A stretch of 35,376 nucleotides of DNA from the IMG/VR virus record IMGVR_UViG_3300033562_001787, positions 1 to 35,376 of that record; one strand, given 5' to 3'. The first letter of the stretch is position 1; each line of letters starts with the position of its first letter. The translations under genes were made by a program, and so were the position numbers. This document shows, in pieces, positions 35,080-35,376 of the stretch. This DNA is from a virus. Taxonomy: Duplodnaviria > Caudoviricetes. The notes under the pieces were generated by a model. It had not been told where the DNA came from. It saw only the letters and a list, made by a program, of their open reading frames with translations, and did not search any database.

Positions 35080-35376
35080 ATGGCAAGAGCAGTACGTAGA
35101 AAGTTAAAATTTGATGAAGAAAGTGTAAATTCACTTCTTCAAGAAATTTATGATCAAAGTCATAATATCAACGCTAAAATAGCAAGATTATTTACTAAGT
35201 GGGAAACCAAAGTAAAAGAAGGTGGTGAAATCGCTGCATTAGGTGATAGTATAGTTAAATTAATATCTGCCGAAGCTAAAAACCAAGATCAAAAAATTGT
35301 TTTATTAAGATATTTAAAAGAAGTTGTTTTTGATAAAAAAGGTGCTGATTCTAATGAAACTAAAGATAATGAAGTA
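35080..35376 (+). CDS. Hypothetical helical protein, partial (runs off the window)
   Basis: MARAVRRKLKFDEESVNSLLQEIYDQSHN... stays open to the window end. Confidence 0.75.
   Translation, partial: MARAVRRKLKFDEESVNSLLQEIYDQSHNINAKIARLFTKWETKVKEGGEIAALGDSIVKLISAEAKNQDQKIVLLRYLKEVVFDKKGADSNETKDNEV

Overview
Very AT-rich (roughly a quarter GC by eye), gene-dense segment of a large T4-superfamily-like myophage, probably infecting a Bacteroidota host (TAnnTTTG -7 boxes, A-rich leaders with no evident Shine-Dalgarno, a Bacteroidota-type Ig domain). From left to right: a 139-nt fragment of a cellular ABC-ATPase gene cut just after its signature motif (host/phage junction or chimera); a minus-strand replication/recombination trio (5'-3' exonuclease/RNase H, UvsX/RecA, gp32-like SSB); a putative late operon of small proteins sharing N-terminal leaders ending in (L/I)NE, including one gene with an in-frame TGA and one broken gene; a repeat-containing GIY-YIG endonuclease; a 10.5-kb, 13-gene glycan biosynthesis island (Gmd, minimal DegT aminotransferase, acyltransferase, three methyltransferases, cupin, GT10/GT11/GT23-like fucosyltransferase-family enzymes, GT25, two GT fusions); a tail module (LysM-like wedge, tube-like baseplate protein with an OmpA-like insertion, tape measure, tail chaperone with a likely -1 frameshift); and a plus-strand module (degenerate HAD, two glycosyltransferases, gp55-like sigma factor). 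A conserved (A)GTATTTAT motif, the reverse complement of the T4 late promoter core, lies upstream of eight genes and flips with gene strand. All protein family calls come from motif recognition by eye; no database search was run. No tRNA, rRNA or CRISPR array was seen.
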